Below, one piece after another: positions 10,501-19,835 of a DNA stretch of 64,000 bases. Within the stretch, counting starts at the first letter, position 1. Each line of letters starts with the position of its first letter. Made by a program: the position numbers and the translations under genes. The notes beneath the pieces are model-generated. The model saw only the letters and a program-made list of their open reading frames with translations. It did no database searches and had not been told where the DNA came from. The stretch is from positions 17,516 to 81,515 of the forward strand of contig CASDVP010000001.1 in assembly GCA_949284445.1 (NCBI GenBank). The letters are read 5' to 3'. This stretch comes from an uncultured Bacillota bacterium. GTDB taxonomy: Bacteria; Bacillota_I; Bacilli_A; RFN20; CAG-288.

Positions 10501-10920
10501 GGCTTGATGCGTAGAGACTTCATCACTTAGTAGGACATCACTGCTGATATATTTATCATCGTCAAAGTTAGAAAGATTATCTTCAAAGGAAATAGAGCTT
10601 AAGATTTCATCTTGTGATAATAAAACTGCTTCGCCTTTATCATCTTTTCTAGTCATCACCATCATCGGTAGGCCGATGACTTTCATATAAGTCACAAATT
10701 CACTGCGTTTCTTCTCTTCTCTACTCAGTTTAGAATCATTAAGATCATCTCTAAATTTTTTATAAAAATCAAAGCGAGCCATCAACGATTCTTTATCTTC
10801 AATCGCCATATGAAAATGATTTTTATCATCGATAAAAACATCATAAAATTTGCTTGAAATAATATATGGATATGGTGATTGATGAGAGACTTTTTTCTCT
10901 TCAATATATTCCTTTGTCAT
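7552..10920 (-). CDS. large repeat protein B (1122 aa; four diverged ~270-aa units, no Cys motif)
   Basis: Recurring YP/Y-G-xF, D-K-x-S-I, GLP/GMP and GLYF/GLFI/GYFI motifs; SD AGGTGG; paralog of the upstream gene. Confidence 0.8.
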   Translation of the reverse strand: MTKEYIEEKKVSHQSPYPYIISSKFYDVFIDDKNHFHMAIEDKESLMARFDFYKKFRDDLNDSKLSREEKKRSEFVTYMKVIGLPMMVMTRKDDKGEAVLLSQDEILSSISFEDNLSNFDDDKYISSDVLLSDEVSTHQAVNYLISKGLYFPDLFRLRDKVDNDSSDYQRVKIDIKRLPLNYIQDEETADKLIIDFVSDTHLLTKDTYLKFFKPLDDLTLEEKFNYAFQPIGDNKKEEIIAIKALRTYFYSIIKGLLNQFYHTFYDTDKFLFGTTVLEHGDEELDSDYSQIYFGTHFLAYGKKERFFYKKDGQMREDIIFQSYYFDKADKQSIKFAYEAVHCFMTRHHQYKFIPAVFLKMMGMPYIIFKDFEYFDFQQASSDDFVNLLNFKSNISQVSAGICKPLVYPTGQIDIEKHLTSSLRLGNYYLTHLEDKGLFISNPFAMFQSNDWVTIISAKENAITDKKIHSLITGDYNFYKEALVNFQDYDRPEEFENISNDRLQAIINNETIGAQIKIIKKIFDLMTDGLTLQEAYSSSSHDFSFEELYLIIQAGFLHIIQAKSKTLKNNYFKYDAKRVLDYFNQECIIYNPYLEYPYIHKGLYFCGYSKTPESEIYLDKRDVDRINTLIRINKQYSTNYFSFYGYRKGINIEAKIKSLNLSLGLPEEMLNVSIDKGKKLSYPFIKENISMFDKDEYLEIIKQDVQLSRIKMILMGLDDKVLLNALDSTNPLKALTPELSGKMKRFFTADNLITSILNVHLLYFEYFPLDMEHNSNSYFNYWILDKKIPGIGPDEEKQLKKCRMFFNEILFYYYHSKLGLDAWFYLFSRLKNEQEIYLSPFMTAILDPKENKLLVSEEDYQLIPKAIEASKFLVKHFNNTKLYPYLIPGMTGLPILNKDLWIKKSKSNNRFDKDLLNEYKITPIKNDYTRAPICISKIKSVKYSAYYFTFSTLFYNELLKEGYFILPRSEYRDSFESNNISVNINLLNNHRLLDGHAAYVFKDCTGVVADVFKPELTYYKELINQFLLENDLVSNYSELSFFMKEAFEYCYMHNKYFLIEARNQLSLSIDHMFIYALKEMVDFKIATDTVVNETNFKLFFAYFLYYLDHNVVINICDKLKKKI

Positions 10921-10926
10921 GATTGT

Positions 10927-13900
10927 TTAACCACCTATTAATCTTTCTTTGTCAGCTTGATAATTTATTATCTTCTTCAAGATAAAAGTCAAAAAGCAAG
11001 CTAGGCAATTTGCAACTTTATATTTAAGGTTGCTATCAATATCACTCAGCGAATGAAAGAAATATTCTAAGCTCTCATAAAGAACAGCAAACACTGGAGG
11101 AGCAGTGAAAAATTGATAGATGACCGCTTGATTTTCCCTCATGGCATCAGAGACCACTTGTCTCATCATATTGACGATATCATCCTTTTTATAAATCAAA
11201 GAAAATTCATAGATATAATTATCAAATTTATCTTTATCTAAAAGACAAAAACGATATAAAAACTTCATTCCAGCATTTGAAAGAACAATGATTGAAGGAA
11301 GTTTTGGTTCGACATCATCGAAAAGATGGTAAATATAATCAGGCTTGACGTCGATCTCATTTGAGCTGAGATGACTAAGAATATAAATTCCTTCATGCGC
11401 TAAACCATTGTTTGAAAAGCTGACTTCTGCCTGCTTATCATTTTTGAAAGGATAACATTTTGAAAATGGTGCAAAGTATGCCGCGTGAGAAACATTGAAA
11501 CATCTTCTACAAATGTTCTTTTTAAACGGCAATTGTTGAAGGAAGTCTTCAGCTGTATGTGTTGTAAAATCGTAATCTAAATATTTATTAACTATAAAGA
11601 ATGGAAATCCAGTGAATCCTAAAATGATAGGCGTCCAATACTCTTTGTAAATTTGTGATTTAGTAACCATTTCTACTGAATGTTTTAGTATGGCTAAAAT
11701 AGACTCTTTATCACATTCGCAAAAATAAAATTCTTCACCATCAAAATTAGGGGCGTATGCATTAAATATTCGTCCTAAATAAACACAAGGATATGGTAAT
11801 TTTTCATTGTAGTCACAGTTTAAACAGATGGTGCTATAAACTGGTAGGATATCTTTAGCGGTTTCAACCATATATGCTTTATTCACATGAACAAAACAAG
11901 CTTTGAGCATAGAGAAGAATGAAAATCCTGGTTTGTCCAAGGATTCTTCATCAGCATTTTGTTCGATCACTTTTATCTTATATTCATGTGGTAAATCAAT
12001 AAAGTCATTCAGATATTTATCCACTTCCCGATAATTAAATAAATAAGCTCCAAACGTTGATACATAAGCGACCAAATTTTTATCGCTCAAATCAATATAT
12101 GGATATACAATTTTCTTAGCCTTTTCTTTATCAAAAGTGAATAAAGTGTTGACTTCAGGTTTTTTAATGGCCTCACAATTCACATAATATGCCGATTGAT
12201 ATAAACCATATTTAGCGCTTAAACTTTTTAGATATAAAGAATAATCATTAACTAGACTGAACGAAAAAGGATCTATCTCTTCAGAATATTGTGGATGCTT
12301 ATGTTGACATAGATGGCAGATATGATCTTTAAATTGCAATTGAGACATCAACGGCTTACTATCCACTATCGTTGAACTCACTTTGCTGGGAAGCCCTAAA
12401 AACAAAAGCAGATATGAAGTGAAATTGATCTTGTCCTTTCCACCATCAAAAAGTTCATGATATTTTTTTGTGAAATGGTCGATCGTGTTTTGGATGCTTT
12501 CCTTTTGACATGAGCAGAAATACGATGGCGAAAAATAATTTTCTTGGAAAGAGCAATAATGGGATCCATAATTGACATAAGGTAGAGGTAAAGCTGGTTC
12601 GAATGTACCAGTATAATTCTCAGAACCGGTCAATAATGCCAAAGTCACTTTATCATTAGCGATTAATCTTTCTTGTTCATACTCACTTTTGACCACTCTT
12701 AACGGATAGAAGAGAACATATTTAAAAAACTCTAATAATTGTTCGCTATAAATATTAGAAAGGTTGAAATATGCTAATGCATCTTGAAGAGTATCTATCA
12801 AAGAACTATCTGAAAAATCAGCATAAAAATATGAGAGAAAAGTCTCATTAGATTTTGAATCTATCAAGCAGATATTTTCATATAATTTTGATAAATCTTT
12901 TGTTTTATTTAAAAGCTTGTAAATATTAAATATACTTTTTCTTATAGGATATTTACCATTATATATTTGTGCAAGAGTATCAGATTCAATATCTCCTATG
13001 ATCTGGATATTCAAGGGAGTAGAAACATCATAGTCATACAGTGGCTTCTTTGATGAATATTCGACACCAGCTGCGGTTAGTCTTCGCATTAAAAAAGTAA
13101 AATCATGTTCTTTTTGTTCTGTTAAATAAGAATATAAAAAGTCATTTCTTTTGGGTGCTGCATAGCTTTCACCTGTTGAGATTTCATCGGTGAATGGTAA
13201 TTCATTCAAAAAATCCACTGGTGTATTCAAGATCTTATCTTTGACATATTTATATCCTTGATAAGGTAGACGCAAATACGAATAAATCAAAACACTATTA
13301 TGATTTGAAAACAGATTAAAGGCTCTCTTTACTCTTGAAGCGATGCTGAAAAAATCATTTTTATCAAAAAAGCATTGCCCATCTCTATCAAAATAAACCT
13401 CACCATTAAACGAAGAAAGAACAAACGGATATTTTTTATTATCGGTTTCACTTCTCGTCATAAAAGATAATTGACTATGAACAAAATTAGAATTCTTTTG
13501 ATAATAGCAATCTAATAAGTGAGTCAGTAATGAACATATGAAATATTTCAGATAGTGAGTGTACTGTCTTTTTTCATTTTTATCTAGGATCAGATCAGCG
13601 ATCTCTTTATCGTAAACATCATTGATAAAATATGAAACTAATCTCTTCAAAGAAAAAGCATCAAATTTTTGAAAAGAAAGAAATTTTTCATCGACCAAAG
13701 CCTCGTCAGAAAAGTTGATCAATAGATAAGCATAATTGAAATCAGAAATGATAGTTTTTACCTCTTCTGAATATCTATCCTCTAATAAGAATATCGGAGA
13801 TTTATGCAAATCTTTTAAAACATCAGTTATATTATCATCGATAAAATAAATACCGTTCTTTAACAGAAATGATTTGAAATCATCGATAAAATAAACAGAA

Positions 13901-14289
13901 TCATGTTCATATTGTAATTCACGATAGACTTCTTGTTTTAATTCTTTTAGTCCTGTGACAAATTTGATTTGATCAGATATCTTCTCGTTCAGATCAAGAT
14001 TATTAAAAAGTTCCTCTGGCAACCCTAAAACATCATGAATAGTCGTTTTACTTTTAACATCAGTATCAGTGAAAATGGTGCCATCATAGACGGGAAAAGA
14101 ATTGATTTTAGAAATTTCATCTTTCAAAATTTCTTCTAAAATTTGAATAGACTCTTTATCTTCAACATCCATCACTAATTCATGCTTATTATTTAAAAAC
14201 GCAATGAAATTCAGACCGATATAAGCAGTGATATAGTCAGGACTGTTATAGAGATCAAGATAATTAGTTTTAAAGTATCGATAGCTCAC
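10927..14289 (-). CDS. large repeat protein A (1120 aa; four units, two with CxC...CxxC)
   Basis: FCSCQKESI...ICHLC and FCECDKESI...ICRRC; GTG start overlaps the protease stop (GTGA); SD GAGG at 14301-14304. Confidence 0.8.
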   Translation of the reverse strand: MSYRYFKTNYLDLYNSPDYITAYIGLNFIAFLNNKHELVMDVEDKESIQILEEILKDEISKINSFPVYDGTIFTDTDVKSKTTIHDVLGLPEELFNNLDLNEKISDQIKFVTGLKELKQEVYRELQYEHDSVYFIDDFKSFLLKNGIYFIDDNITDVLKDLHKSPIFLLEDRYSEEVKTIISDFNYAYLLINFSDEALVDEKFLSFQKFDAFSLKRLVSYFINDVYDKEIADLILDKNEKRQYTHYLKYFICSLLTHLLDCYYQKNSNFVHSQLSFMTRSETDNKKYPFVLSSFNGEVYFDRDGQCFFDKNDFFSIASRVKRAFNLFSNHNSVLIYSYLRLPYQGYKYVKDKILNTPVDFLNELPFTDEISTGESYAAPKRNDFLYSYLTEQKEHDFTFLMRRLTAAGVEYSSKKPLYDYDVSTPLNIQIIGDIESDTLAQIYNGKYPIRKSIFNIYKLLNKTKDLSKLYENICLIDSKSNETFLSYFYADFSDSSLIDTLQDALAYFNLSNIYSEQLLEFFKYVLFYPLRVVKSEYEQERLIANDKVTLALLTGSENYTGTFEPALPLPYVNYGSHYCSFQENYFSPSYFCSCQKESIQNTIDHFTKKYHELFDGGKDKINFTSYLLLFLGLPSKVSSTIVDSKPLMSQLQFKDHICHLCQHKHPQYSEEIDPFSFSLVNDYSLYLKSLSAKYGLYQSAYYVNCEAIKKPEVNTLFTFDKEKAKKIVYPYIDLSDKNLVAYVSTFGAYLFNYREVDKYLNDFIDLPHEYKIKVIEQNADEESLDKPGFSFFSMLKACFVHVNKAYMVETAKDILPVYSTICLNCDYNEKLPYPCVYLGRIFNAYAPNFDGEEFYFCECDKESILAILKHSVEMVTKSQIYKEYWTPIILGFTGFPFFIVNKYLDYDFTTHTAEDFLQQLPFKKNICRRCFNVSHAAYFAPFSKCYPFKNDKQAEVSFSNNGLAHEGIYILSHLSSNEIDVKPDYIYHLFDDVEPKLPSIIVLSNAGMKFLYRFCLLDKDKFDNYIYEFSLIYKKDDIVNMMRQVVSDAMRENQAVIYQFFTAPPVFAVLYESLEYFFHSLSDIDSNLKYKVANCLACFLTFILKKIINYQADKERLIGG

Positions 14290-15860
14290 AGGCTGTTAAA
14301 CCTCAAAACACAAGAATCATTAGAAGTCGATTTCACTTCAAAACCAAACTGTGGCACGGTTCCATCATCAAAAATAAAGTCTTCATACACACCGCCATCT
14401 AACATAAACTTATCACCGCTCTCATAAAGACAGACGTCGTTTGCATATCCGGTTTTATTTCCTTCGATCTTTCTTCCATGTGATGATAATAAAGAAAGCA
14501 AGCGTCCACGATAAAAATGTGATTTGCTATCATCCATCTGATAATAGGAATAGCTTCTAGTATTACTAAAAATATAGTAATATCCTTCTGAGCTAGACAA
14601 TGAACTTAAAGGTGGTAATTTATCATAAACATAGCCGTCCCAAGAAACTACGCCAAGAAATGAACGGACATAGATCCGACCTACTGAAGCGTTGACATGG
14701 TAAACTAAAACACCTGGTTTTGTATATGATTTTAAACCATTAGTATACTTGAATGTAGAATCATGTTCATTTAATCCTGTCGGAGTATAAAATTCAACTA
14801 ACAAATATTCGTCTAAAACGGTATCATTGTATTTAATCTCACCATTTTCATATGGTGGAATAAGTAAAAATTGATTTGTTTCATTAAAAGATGTTAATTT
14901 GATTTCATTATTTTTTTCTTCTAAATATTCTTTAGTAATAACAATTGGATCTACCCACCCTAATAAGTATTTAGAGAAAGAGCAATGATCTCCGATATTG
15001 AAATCCATCATATCAACACCACCGACTGGCGTGTCGAAATTAGTGGTATTATCATTGTCATATGAATAGTAATCATCTAACCCTAATAAATGGCCTGTTT
15101 CATGAATGAAGGTATGGGCATCACCTTTATCCGTTAAATTCGTATTTCCTTGATGATAATTTCCTTCATATAAAAACTCAATGCTCGCCCACGAATAAGG
15201 ATTGGCATAGTAGCCGTTGATCGGTTCTGTGTCTACCGCCCAAGTTGTGTAGGCCCAATACAGATCAGAATTTGAATCGTATGAACAAGAATACACCATC
15301 CAGACACTGTCTATCACTTGATCATTGTTGCTATCAAACTCACTGAAATCAAATGATTTTGAATCAGCTAAAAATTTCAAGATATCAGTCAATAACGTAT
15401 CAGTAAAATTACCAGTGCCTGTATATTTTTTGGCTTCGAGTTCAAATTCTGTTGAAGTCATCTTCACATTGACTGGATCGATGACTCGACCTTGTATTTT
15501 CAGTTGATCAGAGCTCGATTTTCGATAATAAGAAGAGACCGATTCCCAACCAGTATCTTCAGAGGAACCGAAAAAAGAATTATTTAAAGTTTCTAATTCA
15601 TAAGTTGTAAATTCATCATCAGTGAACTGAACAGGTATAACTAAAATTCTTGAATCACCTGTGGAAGGGAGATGAATTTGACCGATAGTACTCGCTAAAT
15701 AATCTTTGTTCATATTAGAAGATGTGTAAACGGAAGTATATTCAGGTGTGTTATAAGAAAAATTAGAGCCAGGATCACTATTATCAAAAAAGAAGACACA
15801 AGAAGTCAGTCCTAATGATATACAAGCTAATATAGTCGCACTAATAAAGCCTTTCTTCAT
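14286..15860 (-). CDS. M6 family (immune inhibitor A-like) zinc metalloprotease lipoprotein
   Basis: HETGHLLGLDDYY (HExxHxxGxxD), ILVIPVQF, DMM Met-turn, SKYLLGW; lipobox LTSC; start reassigned to ATG 15860 by SD GGAG. Confidence 0.85.
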   Translation of the reverse strand: MKKGFISATILACISLGLTSCVFFFDNSDPGSNFSYNTPEYTSVYTSSNMNKDYLASTIGQIHLPSTGDSRILVIPVQFTDDEFTTYELETLNNSFFGSSEDTGWESVSSYYRKSSSDQLKIQGRVIDPVNVKMTSTEFELEAKKYTGTGNFTDTLLTDILKFLADSKSFDFSEFDSNNDQVIDSVWMVYSCSYDSNSDLYWAYTTWAVDTEPINGYYANPYSWASIEFLYEGNYHQGNTNLTDKGDAHTFIHETGHLLGLDDYYSYDNDNTTNFDTPVGGVDMMDFNIGDHCSFSKYLLGWVDPIVITKEYLEEKNNEIKLTSFNETNQFLLIPPYENGEIKYNDTVLDEYLLVEFYTPTGLNEHDSTFKYTNGLKSYTKPGVLVYHVNASVGRIYVRSFLGVVSWDGYVYDKLPPLSSLSSSEGYYYIFSNTRSYSYYQMDDSKSHFYRGRLLSLLSSHGRKIEGNKTGYANDVCLYESGDKFMLDGGVYEDFIFDDGTVPQFGFEVKSTSNDSCVLRFNSL

Positions 15861-15861
15861 A

Positions 15862-16203
15862 CTAATCTCCGTAATCAGAACCACGGCTTTTATCTTCAAC
15901 AAGAACCTGAATGCTATCAGCTACATCCATTGCTGAAAGATAAATGGCTCCATCGCATTCCACTAGAGGATTATCGTCTTGACCGACAAACACCACTTTG
16001 CGGTTCTTTCTCACTATCTTATCCATCTGATCTAGTATCTCTTGATAGCGTTCTTTTCTCAAAGCTTTATATCCTTGTAAATATGTATAAAATTGAGGCT
16101 CGATATAAAATATGGAACCGTCATCATTTTCATAACAAGTCGCAAAACGATTTCTTAGATCGATCAATACTTTTCTATCTTGCCATTCGGGATAATTTTT
16201 CAT
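15862..16203 (-). CDS. hypothetical protein
   Basis: 113-aa ORF with strong SD AAGGAGGT; stop lies 1 nt before the protease start. Confidence 0.7.
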   Translation of the reverse strand: MKNYPEWQDRKVLIDLRNRFATCYENDDGSIFYIEPQFYTYLQGYKALRKERYQEILDQMDKIVRKNRKVVFVGQDDNPLVECDGAIYLSAMDVADSIQVLVEDKSRGSDYGD

Positions 16204-16228
16204 AGATATTAACCTCCTTATTCTTGAA

Positions 16229-16591
16229 CTAATCGATATTCAATATGTTATTTAGTGTATCATTCATCCAAAGAAAATCTTCTTTTAACGATTTATTTTT
16301 TATATATTGATCAGTTTCTTTGATGATTGAGATAGTAGCACTCACACACTCATTTAATCTATCACGAGAGATTTTAGTCTCTTGAAATAAAACGACAGTC
16401 AGCTCATCATCAATTTGTTTGAGATCTTTCAATTTGCTATCAACTTCATATTCTTCAGGAAAAGGTGCTTTACCGCATTTCTTTTGAAGAATAGTTTTCT
16501 TTGCAAATTTAATTATAGGTAATATAACCAATATGATAAGTTCATCAAACGATAAATTTTCTTTTTTATAATAATCGCTAATAGTTTTCAT
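16229..16591 (-). CDS. hypothetical protein
   Basis: 120-aa ORF overlapping the upstream gene by 14 nt. Confidence 0.55.
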   Translation of the reverse strand: MKTISDYYKKENLSFDELIILVILPIIKFAKKTILQKKCGKAPFPEEYEVDSKLKDLKQIDDELTVVLFQETKISRDRLNECVSATISIIKETDQYIKNKSLKEDFLWMNDTLNNILNID

Positions 16592-17054
16592 TTTTGTAAT
16601 CCCTCTGTATTGCGATCAAAGCAGTGTTTATAGTAGTTATAACATTTTCTGGAACATTTATAACTTCAAAGAAATGAGCACAATTATATCGGCAAAGACG
16701 TGAAATAAAAATCAAATAATCTTTGAATAATTGCTCAACTTTCTCATCACGAATTATATTCAAAACATCATTTAAATTTTCAATCACTTCCGCATACTTT
16801 TTTATCACGGAATCTAAAAATTTCCATTCAGAAGTCGAAAGTTCTGTTTTCTTAGTCAAGCTGAATAATTCGGCATCTTCTTTCATCAACTCTTCAGCAT
16901 TTTCTTCGATGATAGAAAATTCTCTTTTAACACCATCGATTTTATCGTTATAAAAATGGCACAAAGCGATCAGAGTTAAAAAGCACGCTGAACCGCAATA
17001 ATACTTTGATTTGACATCATCCAACTTATAATACACTTCATCTGATTCGTTCAT
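16578..17054 (-). CDS. hypothetical, predicted helical protein
   Basis: ATGA overlap with the cobB stop; SD AGGAGG. Confidence 0.65.
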   Translation of the reverse strand: MNESDEVYYKLDDVKSKYYCGSACFLTLIALCHFYNDKIDGVKREFSIIEENAEELMKEDAELFSLTKKTELSTSEWKFLDSVIKKYAEVIENLNDVLNIIRDEKVEQLFKDYLIFISRLCRYNCAHFFEVINVPENVITTINTALIAIQRDYKNENY

Positions 17055-17785
17055 AGATGCAACCTCCTGAATAAATCTCCTACTTGATGATGAAACACAA
17101 GATTTGCTTTTTGGTCGATAGCATTAGCAGTCTTATTTATCAACACCATTTTATTACCTCGATAATAATAAACAAGGCTAGCAGCTGGGTTCACAACTAA
17201 TGAAGTGCCTGCAATAATAAATAAGTCTGCATCATAAATAAATTTTAAAGATTTCATCAAGAGTTCTTCATCAAGACCTTCACCATAAAGGACAACATCT
17301 GGTTTGATAAGTCCACCGCATTCATCACAATATGGAATGACACTTTTACTGTTACTGATATACTCAGCATCAAAATACTTATGACACTTCAAGCAATGAT
17401 TAGAATGGATTGTTCCATGTAGTTCATAAACATTCTTAGAACCTGCTTTTTGATGTAACCCATCAATATTTTGAGTTATGGTCGCTTTTAATTTACCAGC
17501 TTTTTCTAATTCAGCCAAAAAGAGATGCGCGGGATTAGGCTTTTTATCTAAAAGCAACATCTTATCTCTATAAAAACGATAAAACTCTTCAGTGTTCTCA
17601 TAAAAGAAATCATGCGAAATTATCTCTTCAGGTGGAAATTTATATTTTTGGTTATATAAACCATCTACGCTTCTAAAATCAGGAATGCCAGATTCAGTTG
17701 ATACTCCTGCACCACCAAAGAAAACGATATTGTCACTTTTAGATATCCACTCTTGTAGTTGAAGTAAGCCTTTGATCTCTTCCAT
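17051..17785 (-). CDS. cobB: NAD-dependent protein deacylase (sirtuin)
   Basis: GAGVSTESGIPDFRS, TQNIDGLH, HG catalytic motif, two CxxC, GTS. Confidence 0.93.
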   Translation of the reverse strand: MEEIKGLLQLQEWISKSDNIVFFGGAGVSTESGIPDFRSVDGLYNQKYKFPPEEIISHDFFYENTEEFYRFYRDKMLLLDKKPNPAHLFLAELEKAGKLKATITQNIDGLHQKAGSKNVYELHGTIHSNHCLKCHKYFDAEYISNSKSVIPYCDECGGLIKPDVVLYGEGLDEELLMKSLKFIYDADLFIIAGTSLVVNPAASLVYYYRGNKMVLINKTANAIDQKANLVFHHQVGDLFRRLHL

Positions 17786-17967
17786 ATAACCTCTTTAAGA
17801 TATATATCTTAATTATAGTCAAAAAAGCATTTTTAACCAGTCTATAACCGCTAAAAGTGTCCCATTTTTCCCTTCTCTTTTTGCCTGACAATAATTGCAT
17901 ATTAATCTGTTAATTTTAGAGAATTGTAAAAAGCATTTATGGTAAAATATTAGAAAAAAGGAAAAAC

Positions 17968-18480
17968 ATGAACAACATCACATTATTAAGAACATTAGCA
18001 GAATCAACCGGTGAGTTTTACTTCGAAGAATACATGGTCTATGTTTGGCTAGGCGTCTTCGTTCTCGCTGTAATCGTAGAACTCGCTACTTCAGATTTGA
18101 TATCTCTTTGGTTTGCTGGAGGTGCTCTATTATCACTATTTATTTCATTGATCCCAGGAGCTCCATTTTGGGCTGAAATAATTGTTTTTGCTGTCTCTTC
18201 TTTACTGCTATTATTATTGATCAGACCATTAGCAAAAAATAAACTGCTAAAAAAGAAACCAGATATCAAATTCAACGCCGATGATATGATCGGCAAAAAA
18301 GCGACTGTCATCAAATCAATAACTGAGTTAAACCGCGGTGAAGTCCTTTATCACAACATTCAATGGACAGCCGAATCTGTCGATAACACACCGATTGAAA
18401 AAGGAAGTGTTGTTATCATAACTGGTATTGAAGGCAACAAATTAAAAGTTAAGAAAGAAACCGAAAATAAGGAGGAATAA
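17968..18480 (+). CDS. NfeD-like (YbbJ) membrane protein
   Basis: N-terminal TM helices plus C-terminal OB-fold (W-x-A, GNKLKV); precedes an SPFH gene. Confidence 0.85.
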   Translation: MNNITLLRTLAESTGEFYFEEYMVYVWLGVFVLAVIVELATSDLISLWFAGGALLSLFISLIPGAPFWAEIIVFAVSSLLLLLLIRPLAKNKLLKKKPDIKFNADDMIGKKATVIKSITELNRGEVLYHNIQWTAESVDNTPIEKGSVVIITGIEGNKLKVKKETENKEE

Positions 18481-18483
18481 ACT

Positions 18484-19500
18484 ATGGAATCATGGATGAT
18501 TGCAATGATAGTCATCGGTATTATCATTTTAATTTTTGTTATCGTTTTAATCTGTTCGATCAGAATTGTCAGTCAAACAGACAAGTACATCATCGAACGT
18601 TTAGGTGCTTACTATAAAACATGGGATACTGGTATTCACATGTTAGTGCCTTTCTTTGATCGTGTCGAAATGGTCGTATCTATGAAAGAACAAGTTCATG
18701 ACTTCGCACCTCAGCCTGTCATCACTAAAGATAATGTCACCATGCAAATAGATTCCGTCGTCTTCTTTACTGTCACCGATCCTAAACTGTTTACTTATGG
18801 TGTCGTCAATCCTCTTGCTGCTATTGAAAATCTTGCATCAACCACTTTACGTAATATCATCGGTGAATTAGATTTAGATCAAACCCTCACTAGCCGTGAC
18901 ATCATCAACGCTAAAATGAGATCCACATTAGATGATGCGACTGATGCTTGGGGTATCAAAGTCAATCGTGTGGAAGTCAAAAACATTTTGCCTCCAAAAG
19001 ATATCAGAGAAGCTATGGAAAGACAGATGCGAGCTGAACGTGAAAAACGTGAAAAAATCTTATTAGCAGAAGGTAGCAAACAATCCGCTATCTTGATTGC
19101 TGAAGGTAATAAAGAAGCTAGTATCTTAAATGCTGAAGCTGAAAAACAGGTGAAGATCAAAAATGCAGAAGGTCAAGCTCAAGCTATCATAAACATCAAA
19201 GAAGCTGAGGCTAGAGGTATTATTCTAGTGAGAGAAGCTGAGGCTAAAGGTTTAAAAGCCATCAAAGATGTCGCCCCTGATAATGCGGTTTTGACTTTAA
19301 AATCTTATGAAGCATTAGCTAAAGTAGCAGATGGTAAAGCTACTAAATTGATCATTCCATCAAAAGTCAGTGATTTAACTTCATTAGCAAACGTCATTAA
19401 AGAAAGCGTTACTGAAACACCCGTGGAAGACACAGTTAGTGAAGCTAGTCCTAAAAAAGAGGCTGAAGCTCAAGAAAAAGTAGAAATAAAACAAAAATAA
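18484..19500 (+). CDS. SPFH/band 7 stomatin-like protein (QmcA-like)
   Basis: VITKDNV, TLRNIIG, WGIKVNRVE, QMRAEREKR. Confidence 0.92.
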   Translation: MESWMIAMIVIGIIILIFVIVLICSIRIVSQTDKYIIERLGAYYKTWDTGIHMLVPFFDRVEMVVSMKEQVHDFAPQPVITKDNVTMQIDSVVFFTVTDPKLFTYGVVNPLAAIENLASTTLRNIIGELDLDQTLTSRDIINAKMRSTLDDATDAWGIKVNRVEVKNILPPKDIREAMERQMRAEREKREKILLAEGSKQSAILIAEGNKEASILNAEAEKQVKIKNAEGQAQAIINIKEAEARGIILVREAEAKGLKAIKDVAPDNAVLTLKSYEALAKVADGKATKLIIPSKVSDLTSLANVIKESVTETPVEDTVSEASPKKEAEAQEKVEIKQK

Positions 19501-19684
19501 AATTATCTTATAACACAACTTGTATTCATTAAAAGAAACTTATATTTGCTCGAGAAATCGGTCATTTATTAATTTTTAGTGTTTTGCTTGTAGATAAAAA
19601 AAGGTTTGAACCGACAGATTTTAAAAATTTGGTTCTACTAGGGAAGTGATACTCATCACTCTATTTACTCTTAATATTCTTTTA

Positions 19685-19810
19685 TTACCAACTATTTGGT
19701 GAAATTCTATGAATTTTACCTTTAACATCTATATATCCGTAGTCAATATTGCGGATAAAATTGAAAAAATCATTGGTACCATATTTTAATACACGAGTTA
19801 AAGTTTCCAT
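19685..19810 (-). pseudogene. 41-codon truncated gene (N-terminal remnant)
   Basis: SD AGGAG + ATG 19810; METLTRVLKYGTNDFFNFIRNIDYGYIDVKGKIHRISPNSW*; not in the ORF track; NIxYGxxDxxGxxH recalls the N-terminus of a transglutaminase-like family (from memory). Confidence 0.4.
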
Positions 19811-19835
19811 GTGTTTTCTCCTAACTTAAAATTGT

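Noticed and set aside
17051-17785. Sir2 gene as a Thoeris/DSR-type defence NADase
   Set aside because: It is a canonical stand-alone CobB with zinc finger and catalytic His; no TIR, SLOG or HerA partner is present
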